Below are positions 12,465-24,855 of a stretch of DNA of 64,000 nucleotides, one piece after another. Below the pieces are notes generated by a model. It was not told the DNA's origin. It saw only the letters and a program-made list of their open reading frames with translations, and made no database searches. A program made the translations under genes and the position numbers. Position 1 is the stretch's first letter. Every line of letters starts with the position of its first letter. Origin of the DNA: Catajapyx aquilonaris (Eukaryota); NCBI GenBank assembly GCA_000934665.2, contig JYFJ02001725.1:1-64000 (forward strand), in the 5' to 3' direction.

Positions 12465-12653
12465 CTGGTCTGGAGACAACGAGCTATCTGCTCCCGCATT
12501 CCTCTCCTGATTGACAGCTGATTTCTCATTCTTGCAGGCTGTGTGATAGTCAGACTTGGCTTTGTTGACTTTGGCCAATAGTTTGGCCCATGGTTTTTGC
12601 GCCTTCTTGAATGCATCTTCCATCTCCTTCCTCTCCTTTATGGTCATCATGGA
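12465..12653 (-). CDS. PACSIN: PACSIN coding exon 3
   Basis: SMMTIKERKEMEDAFKKAQKPWAKLLAKVNKAKSDYHTACKNEK...SPDQ; 189 nt; AG/GT boundaries; 79-nt upstream intron. Confidence 0.95.
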
Positions 12654-12732
12654 CTGCACAAAAAAGGGGGCTCAATGATAAAGAGGTGGGTGATCACATC
12701 CCAATAAAGGGCAGGTGTAGTCAAAACAGAAC

Positions 12733-12881
12733 CTTGTGGTAGGTGTCCTTCTGCCATGTTTTGATCTGCTGCATGACATCATTGCAGAGATTGTCCTTAA
12801 CTTGCAGATGAACTTCACAGAGACGGTCAGCTTCTATCAGGCTTCCCTTCCAGGCTGCTTCTGTTGTACCATACTCAGGAC
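12733..12881 (-). CDS. PACSIN: PACSIN coding exon 2
   Basis: (G)PEYGTTEAAWKGSLIEADRLCEVHLQVKDNL...WQKDTYHK; CACAG acceptor, GT donor, 149 nt, phase 1 to 0. Confidence 0.95.
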
Positions 12882-13819
12882 CTGTGGATTTTGAACATAC
12901 TGAGTACATGTTTACAAGTACAATAATCAAGTTATTACTGAACAGCCAAGTAGCCAGAAAAACACGGGTGATAGCTGCTGTGATGGTGATTTCAAAGATT
13001 TGTCCCAAATCAATTTTGTTCACTGCAGGCAATGGATTTTAGTCGAAGTTGTGGGACATAATAATATAAGAAGCAAGTGAAGTTCAATTTTTCCTCTCTG
13101 TTTTCTGAGATGTGAAATGCAGAGGACTAAATTTGAGAACAAGCAACTTTTCCAATTTTGAAATAGACCCAGGAGAAAATTAGATGGTGCAAGAGTTTTC
13201 ATTTCAATTTTCACAGCCATAGTAAATTGTGCCTAATTTTTCAAGTCACATAATATTCACTAAAACTGACATTCACAGAGGCTGATGATTGGGCAACGCT
13301 GGTTAGTGGTTTCACAATGTGGCAACCCTCCAATCATGGTATTCAATGGGCCAACAGGATTGCATGCACACTAATTTAACCCAGATATGCCGGGAATTTT
13401 TTTGTTGAATTTTTGATTTTTGTTTTTGTTTTTATTAGTTCACATTAGTTCCCAAAACACAACAACCGAGATAAAACATTTTTCTGAACGCTTATTTGCG
13501 AGGAAATGGCCGTTCCCTATAATTATGGGAGGCTAGGAAAATGTAACCTAGTATGGCTATAATAGTTGTTGATTACATTACCATGTGACATTCAGAAATA
13601 TGCAGTTTCATAATAATTATCACTGTTCGAGAAAACGGCCCTGAGGCAGCCACCAACTTTACTCAGGTAATATTGTTGTTCTAACAGTTGTCTAGCAACT
13701 GGGACAACAACCAATAATGACAACACTGGGACAACAATTAGTCCAATATTGTCATCTTTACTCAGGAAATATTGTTGCCTGCCTCACATTTCACCCTGAG
13801 TGCTCTCTCGAGGTATATT

Positions 13820-14286
13820 AGGCGTATTCGGCAATTCAGGAATCTGACTTCCTGGGCTGTTTGGATGTTCGGCAAATCAGGTGCCACGCCCCCTGAAGTA
13901 AGTGCGCATGCGCCCTACCTGACTTCCCAAGCTCAGGAACTTAAGAGTGTACTCCTGACCTGACTTACTTGCTGAGAAACAATTAACAAACAAATTCTTG
14001 TTATGGATGCAGCAGTGTTGCCAATGCAAAATGCCCCAAAACCCCGCGCGAGGACCTGAAAATACCCGATTGTACCCGCATTTTCATTTTACCCGCACCA
14101 TTACCCGCAAGCGTCCGAAACACGGCACCGAAATACCCGAACATTGGCATATCACTGGGATGCAGCACAGGCGGGTAGGGGCGTCTCTCAGTTCGGCCGT
14201 TCGGCAATAATCTTCTGAGGGGCAGGGCTAACAACTCAGATATCACGTGACCCATCTCAGAATAATCTGAATTGCCGAATACGCCT
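13820..14286. mobile_element. PIF/Harbinger-like MITE
   Basis: TIR AGGCGTATTCGGCAATTCAG, 3-bp flanks ATT/ATT. Confidence 0.65.
14013..14157. mobile_element. 145-bp hAT-like MITE
   Basis: TIR CAGTG(T/A)T..GCCAA; exact 8-bp TSD GGATGCAG at 14005-14012 and 14158-14165. Confidence 0.8.
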
Positions 14287-15000
14287 ATTATAGCAGAACT
14301 CTTTGTAGGTAGTGCCAGATAATTAACAACAACTCTGTTGTTGCCAGGTTATGGCGAATAGCGAAGTTGTGCACAATCCGCTAGCCACCTAGCAACTAAA
14401 CGGTCCGCTCGCTAACGCCACCCGCCTGACACGTCTGAGGGCACCAGTTCCTTGTCTATGAACCCCCTCTAGATGGCGTTTCCGGACACGGTGTAATATG
14501 TCTAATATGTTTGTCTTGGTCCCCTCTATTATCCATACAAGTATACTTCTAATCAACCATAAATATATCAAGTGCAATGCAGTCATGAAATTCTAGCTGC
14601 TTTTCCATTTTAAAACTGCAGCCACATGTTTTAAAAATCCATGACCTCTTCTGATTTCGGAATATAAGTGTGATTGGCCGTTGTATTTGCAGAGAAGGAA
14701 TCCTTTCAAAACTAAATGCTTGTTCTAGAAAGTATATCTTTTCTGTTACAATACACAGGGTGGTCGAAAATGAATGCCTCGATTCTGAAACCATATAACT
14801 CAAAAACTTGTAGACATATCTTAATAATTTAAGTTTTAAAATGTTAAGAGGAGTGTAAAGTTTTTGTCTCACCTTAGTTTGTTTCGATATGAGCTCCATT
14901 TGTCACTCAAAAAATGTAAATACTGTAATCAGTGTTGTGCCTAACCCGGTCAGACATGTCTGGAGTCACTATTGTGATCCTATCCTGTAGGTGCTGGAGA

Positions 15001-16810
15001 CAGGGCCGTATTACCGAAGGGGCATGTGCCCCGGGCTCAACAAAATTTAGGGGCTCCGCTGGGGCCCAATATATATATATTTTTAAGTTGTTTCCCTGTA
15101 GGTTTGTGGCCCTTTCAAGGAGAACTCACGCTCTTACAATCACCTTACCATCGGGAGATTATCCTGTCTCTTGCGAGCTGTGCAGAAAAAAAGGCATATG
15201 TATGCAGGGGCCCAATCTAGTGTAGGTCTATACATCGATACATAGAGACGGCATGTGCGGGTCGCTGGGCCCCTCCAACGGGGGCGTTAGGGGGGGGGGG
15301 GCCGAGGCGGGGCTGATACTTTTACAATTGAACATATGGGGCCCCCGCACTGCTTTAGCAGTCATAAACTTATAATTTTTTAGGTAATTGGTAATAAATA
15401 TCGAAAACATGCATTAATTTCATAACACTCGAACTTGTAAATTTTTTTTAGATGCCACGGATCCAAAAGGGCCCCTCTGCGCCGGGACCCCTCCCAACAG
15501 GTAAATAATCACAGGGGTCGAAATATTTGGATGCAAGGTGCAATAATTATTTTCACTCCAAAATTGTCATCTGCACTCCAAACTGAGCCTTGGAGTGCAA
15601 AGTTTGCACTCCAATTGGCTCTGCTTTTAAACATGGGTATACCCAATAATTAAAAATTAAGCATTCCAAGTAAGCGAATTTTGTAAATTATTTTAATAAT
15701 TAATTAATTTTTTTTAGATTACCCCGTGATACAGTCGTAAGCCGTTTTAGGGGGGTGGCAGACCACCATCAGTTTTCTAGTGTTTTTACAACTTTTTCTT
15801 CATTCTCCGTGCAGGGAAACAGGGACATTGGGAAAGGATATGGATTTTTGGGGAGGGGACACTTGTGCAGGTGCAATGTCATGAAACCTTTGGGCCATGT
15901 GCAGTCCCCCAGGAGGTTAGGTTGCCCGACACCTCTAAAGTGCAGGTCAGAGACTCTCCCGACGCATGTGAAAGGAAGTTCCCCAGCCGGGGATCGAACC
16001 TGGGGCCTTTCACTCAGCAAGCCGACACGTTACCATCTCGGCCACCACACCTCCCCAAGTAAGCGATTTGCACTCCAGATTAAAGTCTGGAGTGCAAACT
16101 CTGCATCGAGACAAATATTTTAAAATTCGACTCCGGTTATCCTCTGCTGTAAGTAGTACAGGTGACCCAAAAAATTAATTATCAATAATTATAGCTGGCT
16201 AAGCCCCCTGTAGAAACTTTTTAGCCCCCCCTACAAAAATTCTCACTCAATGAAAAATTCAAGATACTGGGGAAAAATCATATTTTTCGAGTTACGTTAA
16301 AGCTAGATCAATAAAGAACATGAATTATGACCATCAATAACCATAACATCGCTTATCTGGTGAGAGCTCCTTTCAGACTAAATATTTGTAAGAAATTTGA
16401 CTTCATTAACCTCTGAATATTTTTATGGTACTTGTACATTGCCACTGCTGGAAATATGAAGGGTCCAACCTTCCTACAGTAGGCCTACTTGCTTCTATCC
16501 AATGTGTTTACAGTATAGGAGGATTCCACTGTACCCTACTTTGTCAGTTACATTCACCTAAGCTTGTGTGACCTTGAACCCATTTTTTTTTTCCCCTTGT
16601 CCATATAACTACAAGTTTAACATGCCTTTTGTGCAGTTCTCAAACTACCTTACATTAAGCTCTGGGGGGAGGGAAAGGGCAGGGGGCTCATGTCCCTCTC
16701 CCTCCTGGACATCAAGGCTCGTTACGCCACTGGTTGGAAGGCAGCATCGTAGGGGTCCACACAAATATAATATGTGCCTCGGGGCGCATATAGGCCTTAA
16801 TACGGCCCTG
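15001..16810. mobile_element. Non-autonomous hAT element
   Basis: TIR CAGGGCCGTATTA; exact 8-bp TSD GCTGGAGA at 14993-15000 and 16811-16818. Confidence 0.88.
15678..16056 (-). mobile_element. tRNA-derived SINE family B
   Basis: B box GGTTCGATCC on the minus strand; TSD CCAAGTAAGCGA at 15666-15677 and 16055-16066; homologous to 62212-62563. Confidence 0.85.
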
Positions 16811-17434
16811 GCTGGAGATGCCGAATCTTTTCACCATGCATGTATCTTCACAAAAAAGTCCATCGGGGTAAGATCTGGGCTTCTGGAGAGGCTAGGCATT
16901 GGAAAACTTCTCATTCAAGGCTTCTCACACTGGGAGGCTGAACAAATGAAACTTTCCTATGGCACATTTGTTTCATGGATGAGGCGACTTTTTATGTGCA
17001 TCATCAAGAACAATCTGTATGGTCTAAATACCCGTCATATCCAGCACCTACGGGAAAGGATTGCAATGGTAGCTCCAGATATGATTGAGCATGTTTGGCA
17101 CGAGACTAAATACAGTCTTTTTTATCTGCTGAGCGAGGAATGAAGCTCATATCGAAACAAACTTCAGGTGTGACCAAAAGAGTCAGGGCATTCTTTTTCG
17201 ACCACCTTGTTCTTCAAATTTTAAGGGTAGGCTTTGACTGCCTCTTCATCAGAAGATGCAGCTTCACTACTACTCTGCTAGAAGGCCGCACTGGCCTCCT
17301 TCCACCTCTCCTAATATCTTTCCTTCCAATTCTGCTCTTTGGAAAGCCATGCATAGTAGAAGTCATCTAGTTAAATGCATGCATTATGCACACAACTTGT
17401 ATTTACGACTATAATACAATAAATTAATGTCTGA

Positions 17435-17555
17435 GCCACATGAACATGGAGAGAACCCATTGAAACTCTTTCCACATGAGAAAATAATCTGCCCAACTGG
17501 AGGGCTAAACTCTGATGTGGAAGGCTGTAGACCTATTACACCACCATGTTACCCA
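17435..17555 (-). mobile_element. Degenerate SINE family A fragment
   Basis: Similar to 56375-56510. Confidence 0.55.
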
Positions 17556-17561
17556 CATACT

Positions 17562-17792
17562 TTATAATTGATATTAGGGAGGTTGGCCCAGCATTGCCTT
17601 TCAACCTCCAAGGATAGAGAAGGAAGGAAGCGGCTGTGACCTATTATACGGAAGCGACCCCGGAATTATCCTAGAAAGACCGTGGAAAACCATAGAAAAC
17701 CACGGTCAGGGTTGCCGGCCCCGGGATTCGAACCCAGGACCTCCCGATTAGCAGTCGGACGCCCTATCCACTATGCCAACCTGCTTTGGTCG
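17562..17792 (-). mobile_element. tRNA-derived SINE family D
   Basis: B box GGTTCGAATCC on the minus strand; TSD TTACCCACATACT; the core resembles SINEs common in polyneopteran insects. Confidence 0.75.
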
Positions 17793-18854
17793 TTACCCAC
17801 ATACTACTGAACTATAGATTATTGCTGTCCATTCAGTTTTTAAGTAATTTTTCCCTTCAGTCAGCCTTGAAAATTCATGAGACTATGATTAAATGGCACA
17901 AGATGCCTCACTATACAAATATACTTAGCAAGGAACTAGATCTAAATCAAGACCACATGTGCAGCATTGATGCATATAAAAGGAACATCTGCTTGACTTC
18001 AATTAGTAGAATGTCACTTGACCAAGTCACAAAAGAAGACATGTCATCCAAACATGAGGCATATTCTATAAACTGGGGTTCCTTCTTGTATTCTGTTACA
18101 GCGTAACTTGCTCATCCCTCACTTTGCAAGCAAATTCTCTACACTACACTAAATTAGACCTCAAAATATACAAAATGTATAATGCTCACATAATTGTGTG
18201 GTGGATGTCTCTCCTTTTACATTTTTAAATGACACATGCTGAACTCTTGTTACCATCACAGGTCAACAATATCAGCACATTTCACATCTCATATTAGTAA
18301 TGCAAAGTTACATCATGAGGCTGTCAGAAAAAAATATTTGAGACTTTTTCGGGACCTTCTTGGGTTATTAAATCAGACTAATCATTTATACTCAGTTTCA
18401 AACCTGGGTCGTCCCTAAACATACAACATGTTTATAACAGCACGAATATTCAAGCTTTTTCTTGAGTATGAAAGTCACTAGAGATAACAACAACAATGCA
18501 ACAAGTTGCAGCCTACAAGCAATTAGGTCTCAAATAGTTGTAAAATGTGTTCAGCATTTAAAAAATACATTTTCCCTATTTATTACTTAAGAGCTCAGCA
18601 AAGCCAGCCATGAAGTGAGTAACTCTGACACGTGTATTTTAATACACATTTGGGAAATTTTCCAAACTTCTAGGTGAAGGTCAAATTAGCCTTCTCAATG
18701 GTAACATCACATGCAGAAAGATCTGGTCTACCTGCCCACATCCATTCTGTGCTTGTAAGTTTGATGGGAGTGAAAAAACTAATAAGTACACAGCTTCACA
18801 ATAAAAATTGTGCAAACTTATCCCTATTTGATACCCTTATTAATTTACCATTAA

Positions 18855-19639
18855 CCCCTGCGCTACCAGTTACGCCGAAAAAGCATAGATTTTAGCTAAC
18901 GCCTACTCTGAAGATAAACACAAGATATTTTACAAATAATAACAGCTATATTTACCCATTCATGGAAAACACTATGCATGTGTTGCGAACCATTTTTATC
19001 CTCTAGAAGTCCCTAAATTGATTTCCAAAAAGACAGCCTTCAAAACTCAAAATTAGGGTAGGCTACTGTCAGCCAACTGTTAGGCTGATTTAATTATGAA
19101 ATATGCAAAAATATACGGAACAACCTTGAGAACCGTGCCAGATGAATTTGCTGAAATCATCGTCCTTTGCGAGAAATAAATAAATACTTATTTGCAGCTT
19201 TTTGACACTCTGCGAGAAGTAAATAAATTTGGGAGTTTTCCAAAGTGCCAGAAAGCTGCAACTAAGTATTAATTTATTTCTCGCAAAGTGTCAAAAAGCT
19301 GCAAATAAGTATTTATTTATTTCTCGCAAAGGACGATGATTTCAGCAAATTCATCTGGCACGGTTCTCAATGTAGTTGTTCCGTATATTTTAGCGTATTT
19401 TATAATTAAATCAGCCTAACAGTTGGCCGGGAGTACCCTAATTTCGAGTTTTTAAGGCGGTCTTTTTGGAAATTAATATAGGGACTTCTAGAGGAGTGAA
19501 ATTGTTCGCAACACATTCATAGTGTTTTCCATGAATGGGTAAATATAGCTGTTATTATTTGTAAAATATCTTGTATTTATCGTACGAGTAGGTGTAAGCT
19601 AAAATCTAGCCGTTTTTGGTCCAGCTGGTAGCAAAGGGG
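18855..19639. mobile_element. piggyBac-type non-autonomous element, almost entirely palindromic
   Basis: TTAA|CCCC...GGGG|TTAA; ~370-bp arms pair nearly to the centre. Confidence 0.88.
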
Positions 19640-20537
19640 TTAAATGGAAAAACCAATAGGCCATAACACTCATCACAATATATACCACAAAGCATATGCT
19701 TCCTTACAAGAAACACAACTTCAGGTGACAACATCAAACAACAAAATATTAAATGTGTTGAACTAGACATGGTGGTGTGGTGTGCACGGTTTAAAGGGGG
19801 ATACAGGGAGAAGTTTTGAATAATTGCTTTCTCCAGCAACCTATTTAAATAAAAGCAACAATCAGGGTCTAGTTCCCTTGTTACAATTATTGTTGTTTCT
19901 TTTTATCTTCATATATCCCACCGAAGGTAAGAACATTACTTTAATAATTTTGACACACACTGTGACATCCTGATCCATCTCCACCCACCAAGTACCAATT
20001 TGGTGGCAAGTAATTTTGTTTATCTAGACACATCAATGTGCACACATGTCACATCGAAAACTGTCAAAAATGAGGAGTTTCTATCTCTGATTCGAAGTAA
20101 CAAATTACCAATTTGCTCCAACAAAAGAATCGCAAATTTGAAAAAGGGGGTAAGTCATGTAACCAAACATTTCAGGAAGCACGAAAAAATATCTACCCCA
20201 GAACCCGGTGTTAGAAAGGTGGCATTTTACTGAGAAGACATCATAAGTATCCCAAAGAGATCCATGGGATTTTTATTTAGGTAATTCAATTACAGTTGGA
20301 AAAGGGGAGAAAAAAAGAAAATTGGACTTAACCTTCTTTTTACAATTTTTCTGAATTATACACCAGAAAACAATTTTTGCAGCACAGTTATGTACTTCAC
20401 TATGCTGCATTACTTTGCATTATTAATCATCCTCTCATTGCTCTACATTCCATGCAAAAATGACGTTGCAGAACTCGATGTGGAGTTCAGGGTTGTACTG
20501 GAGTAGATGCTCTGTAATTGACACAAAACTCCATATA

Positions 20538-20662
20538 CAGGGTGACTCTAAGGTCTGGACACATAGGTAATGTAGTTTCGTACTGTTGGCTGACAATTGG
20601 TATCATGGCAACCAGCAATACAATATTATAACCGATGTGTCCAGACCTTACGAGTCACCCTG
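20538..20662. mobile_element. Small Tc1/mariner-type MITE
   Basis: TA|CAGGGTGACTC...GAGTCACCCTG|TA. Confidence 0.8.
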
Positions 20663-20922
20663 TAGTCGAACGGTTCGGCTGACTGGCAGCTTTCTTGTAT
20701 GCTTTCATGTATCTTGGGGTGGAGAATTTTGTGGTGCAAATAACTCAAAATCACCATAATCGTGACTTACCCCCTTTTTCAAATATGCGATTCAGTAACA
20801 GGTTAAGACACGTTCACGAACCACAGACAAAAATATTTAGGCTACAGAGACACCTTTCAGAAGATCCAAGTCAGTGTCATGGACAAGGTTTACGCCACTG
20901 GTTCACTAAGCTTGACACTTGC

Positions 20923-21136
20923 CTTTTTCGATAAGGTCATTCCATTTTTTGGACCAATTCTTCAGACTCTTCGCATAGGACTTCTCAATCTCAGCCCGTT
21001 CCTGAATAAGTGTCATAAGGTCACTGCACAGTTTGTATCCATCCTCTATCCTCTTCGTTGTCCTCTTATAGTTGCCTGGCTCCCAAAAGGAGTCACTGGT
21101 GGCCACCAGCAACCCATCATCACTGTGATGCGACAT
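20923..21136 (-). CDS. PACSIN: PACSIN/syndapin first coding exon (F-BAR N-terminus); the exon starts at 21221 with 5'UTR
   Basis: MSHHSDD...SDSFWEPGNYKRTTKRIEDGYKLC...QERAEIEKSYAK..W..KW is the PACSIN signature; acceptor TTTTCAG|G at 21221; ends in phase 1 at a GC donor (AAG|GCAAGT). Confidence 0.95.
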
Positions 21137-23882
21137 GGTCCTCTAGCAAGGTGGTTTTGTCACACACTTAAAAAATTCACTGCCTGAGCCTCACAGGACT
21201 CACGACAGATGTGAGTGGTACCTGAAAATAAGAAGAACATATTTAGACAACTGACACTATTGATCAATACATAAAGGTTATGGAACACAATCTCCACATT
21301 ATTTCAGCAAGGTGTAACCTTTTGTCTTTGGCATTTTCATGGCTTTTGGCTGGCTTTTCTTGTTGTGATGGTCAGCTGGGTCAGAACTATGGGGATAAAA
21401 ATCATGCAAGAGCAGCCTTGCCCTTGATAGTGGGTGGTGAAGGGCAGCTGTGAGTCATGACTTTAAGCACTTATTGACTCCTACTTGGAGCCCTGATTTT
21501 ACAAACAAAAAGCAGGACAAATAGCACTCTAAGAGACACAATCCAGAGCTCCTGTAACTGTCATGCAGTAGTACAACAAATAGTGTTGTTGCATACATAT
21601 TCCCCCAGTACTACATTTTTTCGCCACTTAGCCTACATCATTTAAGTAACAAAATATTTTTGTGAGCAATACCAGTTTTGTAACATGGACTAAAAGTGTT
21701 GTGGTATACTGTGAAGTCACAATTTATGAATATCAAATAATGTTTGCTTTGAGGATGGATTTACTCCTGTATAGCAATAGCCTATGTTCAAAAAAACTGA
21801 ACAAGTCCAATGTATATAAAAGGAATATCAAAAATATTTGTCTGATTGCTGCAGAGACTCTGAACTAAATGGCTTATTATTAAGCAGTTACTTGTAGTGG
21901 TTATCAAAAGTAATTACCTGCTAATATTAGGCTGAATTGAATCATAATTATATATCCAAGTTCTGAATGTCAATAAATTACCAATTGAAAAATGGCCAAT
22001 TGGAATAATTGACAGTTCAAAGTGAATAATAGAAGCAATTTTTGTAGGCCAGATCCCCTTTGCAGGCTTTATAAAGGATGAGTACACACAACCTAATATT
22101 CATAGCTAATACATTTGATAACCAATAAAACTAACCATGTGATAATAACTGCTTAATAATAAGTAGCTTGGTGCAAAAAAATCGTAACAGCAATTGGACA
22201 AATATTTTGGATCACCCTGTAATAAATAATTATTAACACATATTGTCATGTCTCACATACTATAGTTGATGCTGTTCACATAATTATTAGCATAAATGAG
22301 TGGTGTTATGCTATAACCAGTTAACCCATAGGTCAAAAATGACAGTTATTTCACTGTGGAAATTACAACCCACCCCATTAACCATGACATGTGGACATGT
22401 GGACTTGGAATATTACAAGTAGGGCCATACAATACAGCTTCTGCCAAGTCACTCCATATTTTTATGTCCAGGTAAATGACATTCAACTTAAGTTTATGCA
22501 GTTCATTCAGTACCTATCTGCAGTCCCTGTGCACCGAACGTGTAAGTGGGGCAGTACCATTTAAAACTACACTGTAACACCAACACCTACAATAAATTCT
22601 CTCTCGCCTGAGTTTTCATGAAATAAACCATCTGAAATGACCATTAATTATTTCCAACCTACACCACTTGACCTGCTCAACACATAAACAGGTCCACATC
22701 ACCCACTGTATATGGCCATAAAGCAATAACACTCCCAAAGTGGTTGCCTTCTGAGTGCCGCATACACAAACTCAAATTACCGGATGTGGTCACCGAATGT
22801 CTGGTTTGCTCCCTACATCTTCCCATGTTAATAGAGGGGCTGAGGATGGAATTACAACAGGGTCTGTACAGAGTGTGTGCACACCCCCACTTGCATCCTC
22901 CTCTTCAGCTTCTTCACTTGGTAACCAAGGCCCACCCACCCCTGAGCTCCAGTTGAGCACAAAGGTCCTCCTTCTCAGCAGATTATCTTGAATGCCCCAT
23001 AAGTGGGTTCAACAAGGAACAGAATTGGTCTGGTCTGACAGATTGTGATGCTCAATTAGGCCATGGGATGGAAAATTCGTCGCCATTATTATTTCTGTGG
23101 CCCTCTTACCCCCACCTCCTTCACAATGTATACAGCCCATCCAGGACGGATCTCAAAGGCTGGTTAAGTGCATCACCTTGGAAATTGCAAAGCGCGCCAT
23201 GCCATCATTTTATTGAGCTGGTAATGAACGCGACCCACATCGTTAAGGTCAAGAATGCGATGATTATCTAGCAGACTGTTGGAATTCACACATTGTAAAG
23301 GGTGAGAGTCACGTCCGAAAATCGCAGTGGCTAGTATTAGTTACTTCGCTCGATCCTTCACGTCATGTCTATATTAATCTCGTTCAACCGCGGCGTTTCA
23401 AAGTTGATGATAGACGCCATGGAGGAAGCGATATGAAAAGTGCTGTCGGATTCCTTCGATGATAAGGATGAACGGCGGTTTCCTTCAAATGGCCTTTTAT
23501 GTAACCCCGCCCTGCTCCATACTTCGCAAGTTCGACGGATGAATAAAATGCTCGAGAGGAAACTAGTTTGATGATAAAACGTCCAGTTACGTAAAAAGAG
23601 CAGGATGTGGTAATTTCGCCAACTTAAACCTCCTCCCAACGTAATTACACCGAGTCCTTGCAGAATAATCCGGACGAGCTCCGCACATCCTCGATATGTG
23701 CAGGGTACGATTCCCCTGCTCATATGAATTTCAACTACCATATACGAAGTTATCAATAACTGAATAATATTTAACTGACCTGAACAATATTTAAAAAATT
23801 GCTTATTCCTGGATTGAACGACCTTGCACACTAACCATATCTCACGAGTCGCCAATATGCAAACGAAGGCATTTATTTATTT

Positions 23883-24447
23883 ACTCGCAGGTTACCCGGC
23901 GTTGCCCGGGCATGTTATGGTGGTAGGCCTATATCTATAAATGAGGATGTTTGTGGGTGTGTTTGTTCACTATAGAAATCCAGGGGAATGCCCCAATACG
24001 GCCTTAAAACTGTCCTTATGGGTCATTGTGGAGTTATTGAAAGCAATAAGTCAAAGTTTGTCATTACCTGTAAAGGGGTCAATCTGGTGTCACGACAATG
24101 CAATTCTGGAACTTCTCACTTTTTGAGTTTCCTTGGAAATGCTCACAAACAAAAACAGAATAATTAACAGTACCCATTCTTGTCTTCAAAATTTCACGAA
24201 TTACTCTGCACTCTGTAGTGAGGACATCTCCATGGAAATTTGAAATGTGGTAATATTATTAAAGAGCGCAGTGAGTGGAGTTACGCATGTTGTGGGAGTT
24301 AGGCTCATTTTCCGGAGCTAAAACATGCGACGCTAAATTCCTCGAAAAATGTAACCCCCGACGAGCTAGTTTAAGGCGGTATATGGCCCTTCCCCTGGAT
24401 TTCTATAAGGGTCAAACAAGCTCACAAACATCCTTATTTATAGAGAT

Positions 24448-24449
<2 letters not shown>
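23883..24449 (-). mobile_element. Helitron-like non-autonomous element with an internal inverted copy of its 5' end
   Basis: Hairpin CCCGGCGTTGCCCGGG next to ACTCG (degenerate CTAGT end); TCTATAAAT.AGGATGTTTGTG at both 23933 (+) and 24449 (-). Confidence 0.5.
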
Positions 24450-24450
<1 letters not shown>

Positions 24451-24527
<77 letters not shown>

Positions 24528-24855
24528 CCGGGGTAGTGCTTGACCTCATCTGAGGTATGCAGCACGGACCTTCATTTATTATGTCAAGTACATTTGGAGC
24601 CTTTATACGTAACGCCCGGGCCCACGGGCAGGATGACAGGAGGGGATGTGCAAGGTGCGGTGCAATGTCTTAAACGTGGCCATTTTTAGTGAACTCCTCC
24701 GGGTGGTTTAGTCTGTGGAAATACCACCCGAGACGAAGCCAGAGGTGACCCTGAACTCTGCACAAGATGAAGGGGGTGTCCCCGGGCTGGGATCGAACCC
24801 GGGACCTTGACATCCGTGGGCGCATACGTTACCGCAGCACCACTCCGACTCCCCG
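24451..24855 (-). mobile_element. tRNA-derived SINE family C with long (ATT)n tail
   Basis: B box GGTTCGATCCC; TSD TTATAGAGATTTA; homologues at about 54992-55229 and 63126-63476. Confidence 0.85.

Larger units (their letters stand above)
13640..14305. mobile_element. hAT-like MITE (family of 60723-61001) interrupted by nested MITEs
   Basis: 13650-13815 plus 14289-14305 is the reverse complement of 60723-60930; terminus TAGCAGAACTCTTTG. Confidence 0.7.
14756..17209. mobile_element. Older palindromic Tc1/mariner derivative hosting nested insertions
   Basis: TIR CAGGGTGGTCGAAAA..GAATGCC at both ends; both arms encode a transposase-like C-terminus (QHL..RI..V.PDM...V...AHIE). Confidence 0.75.

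Noticed and set aside
16568..17143. 191-aa ORF
   Set aside because: Crosses a hAT terminus into a transposase relic; chimeric repeat sequence.
22740..23855. ORFs of 67-165 aa
   Set aside because: No recognisable motifs in any frame I translated; mostly non-ATG starts.
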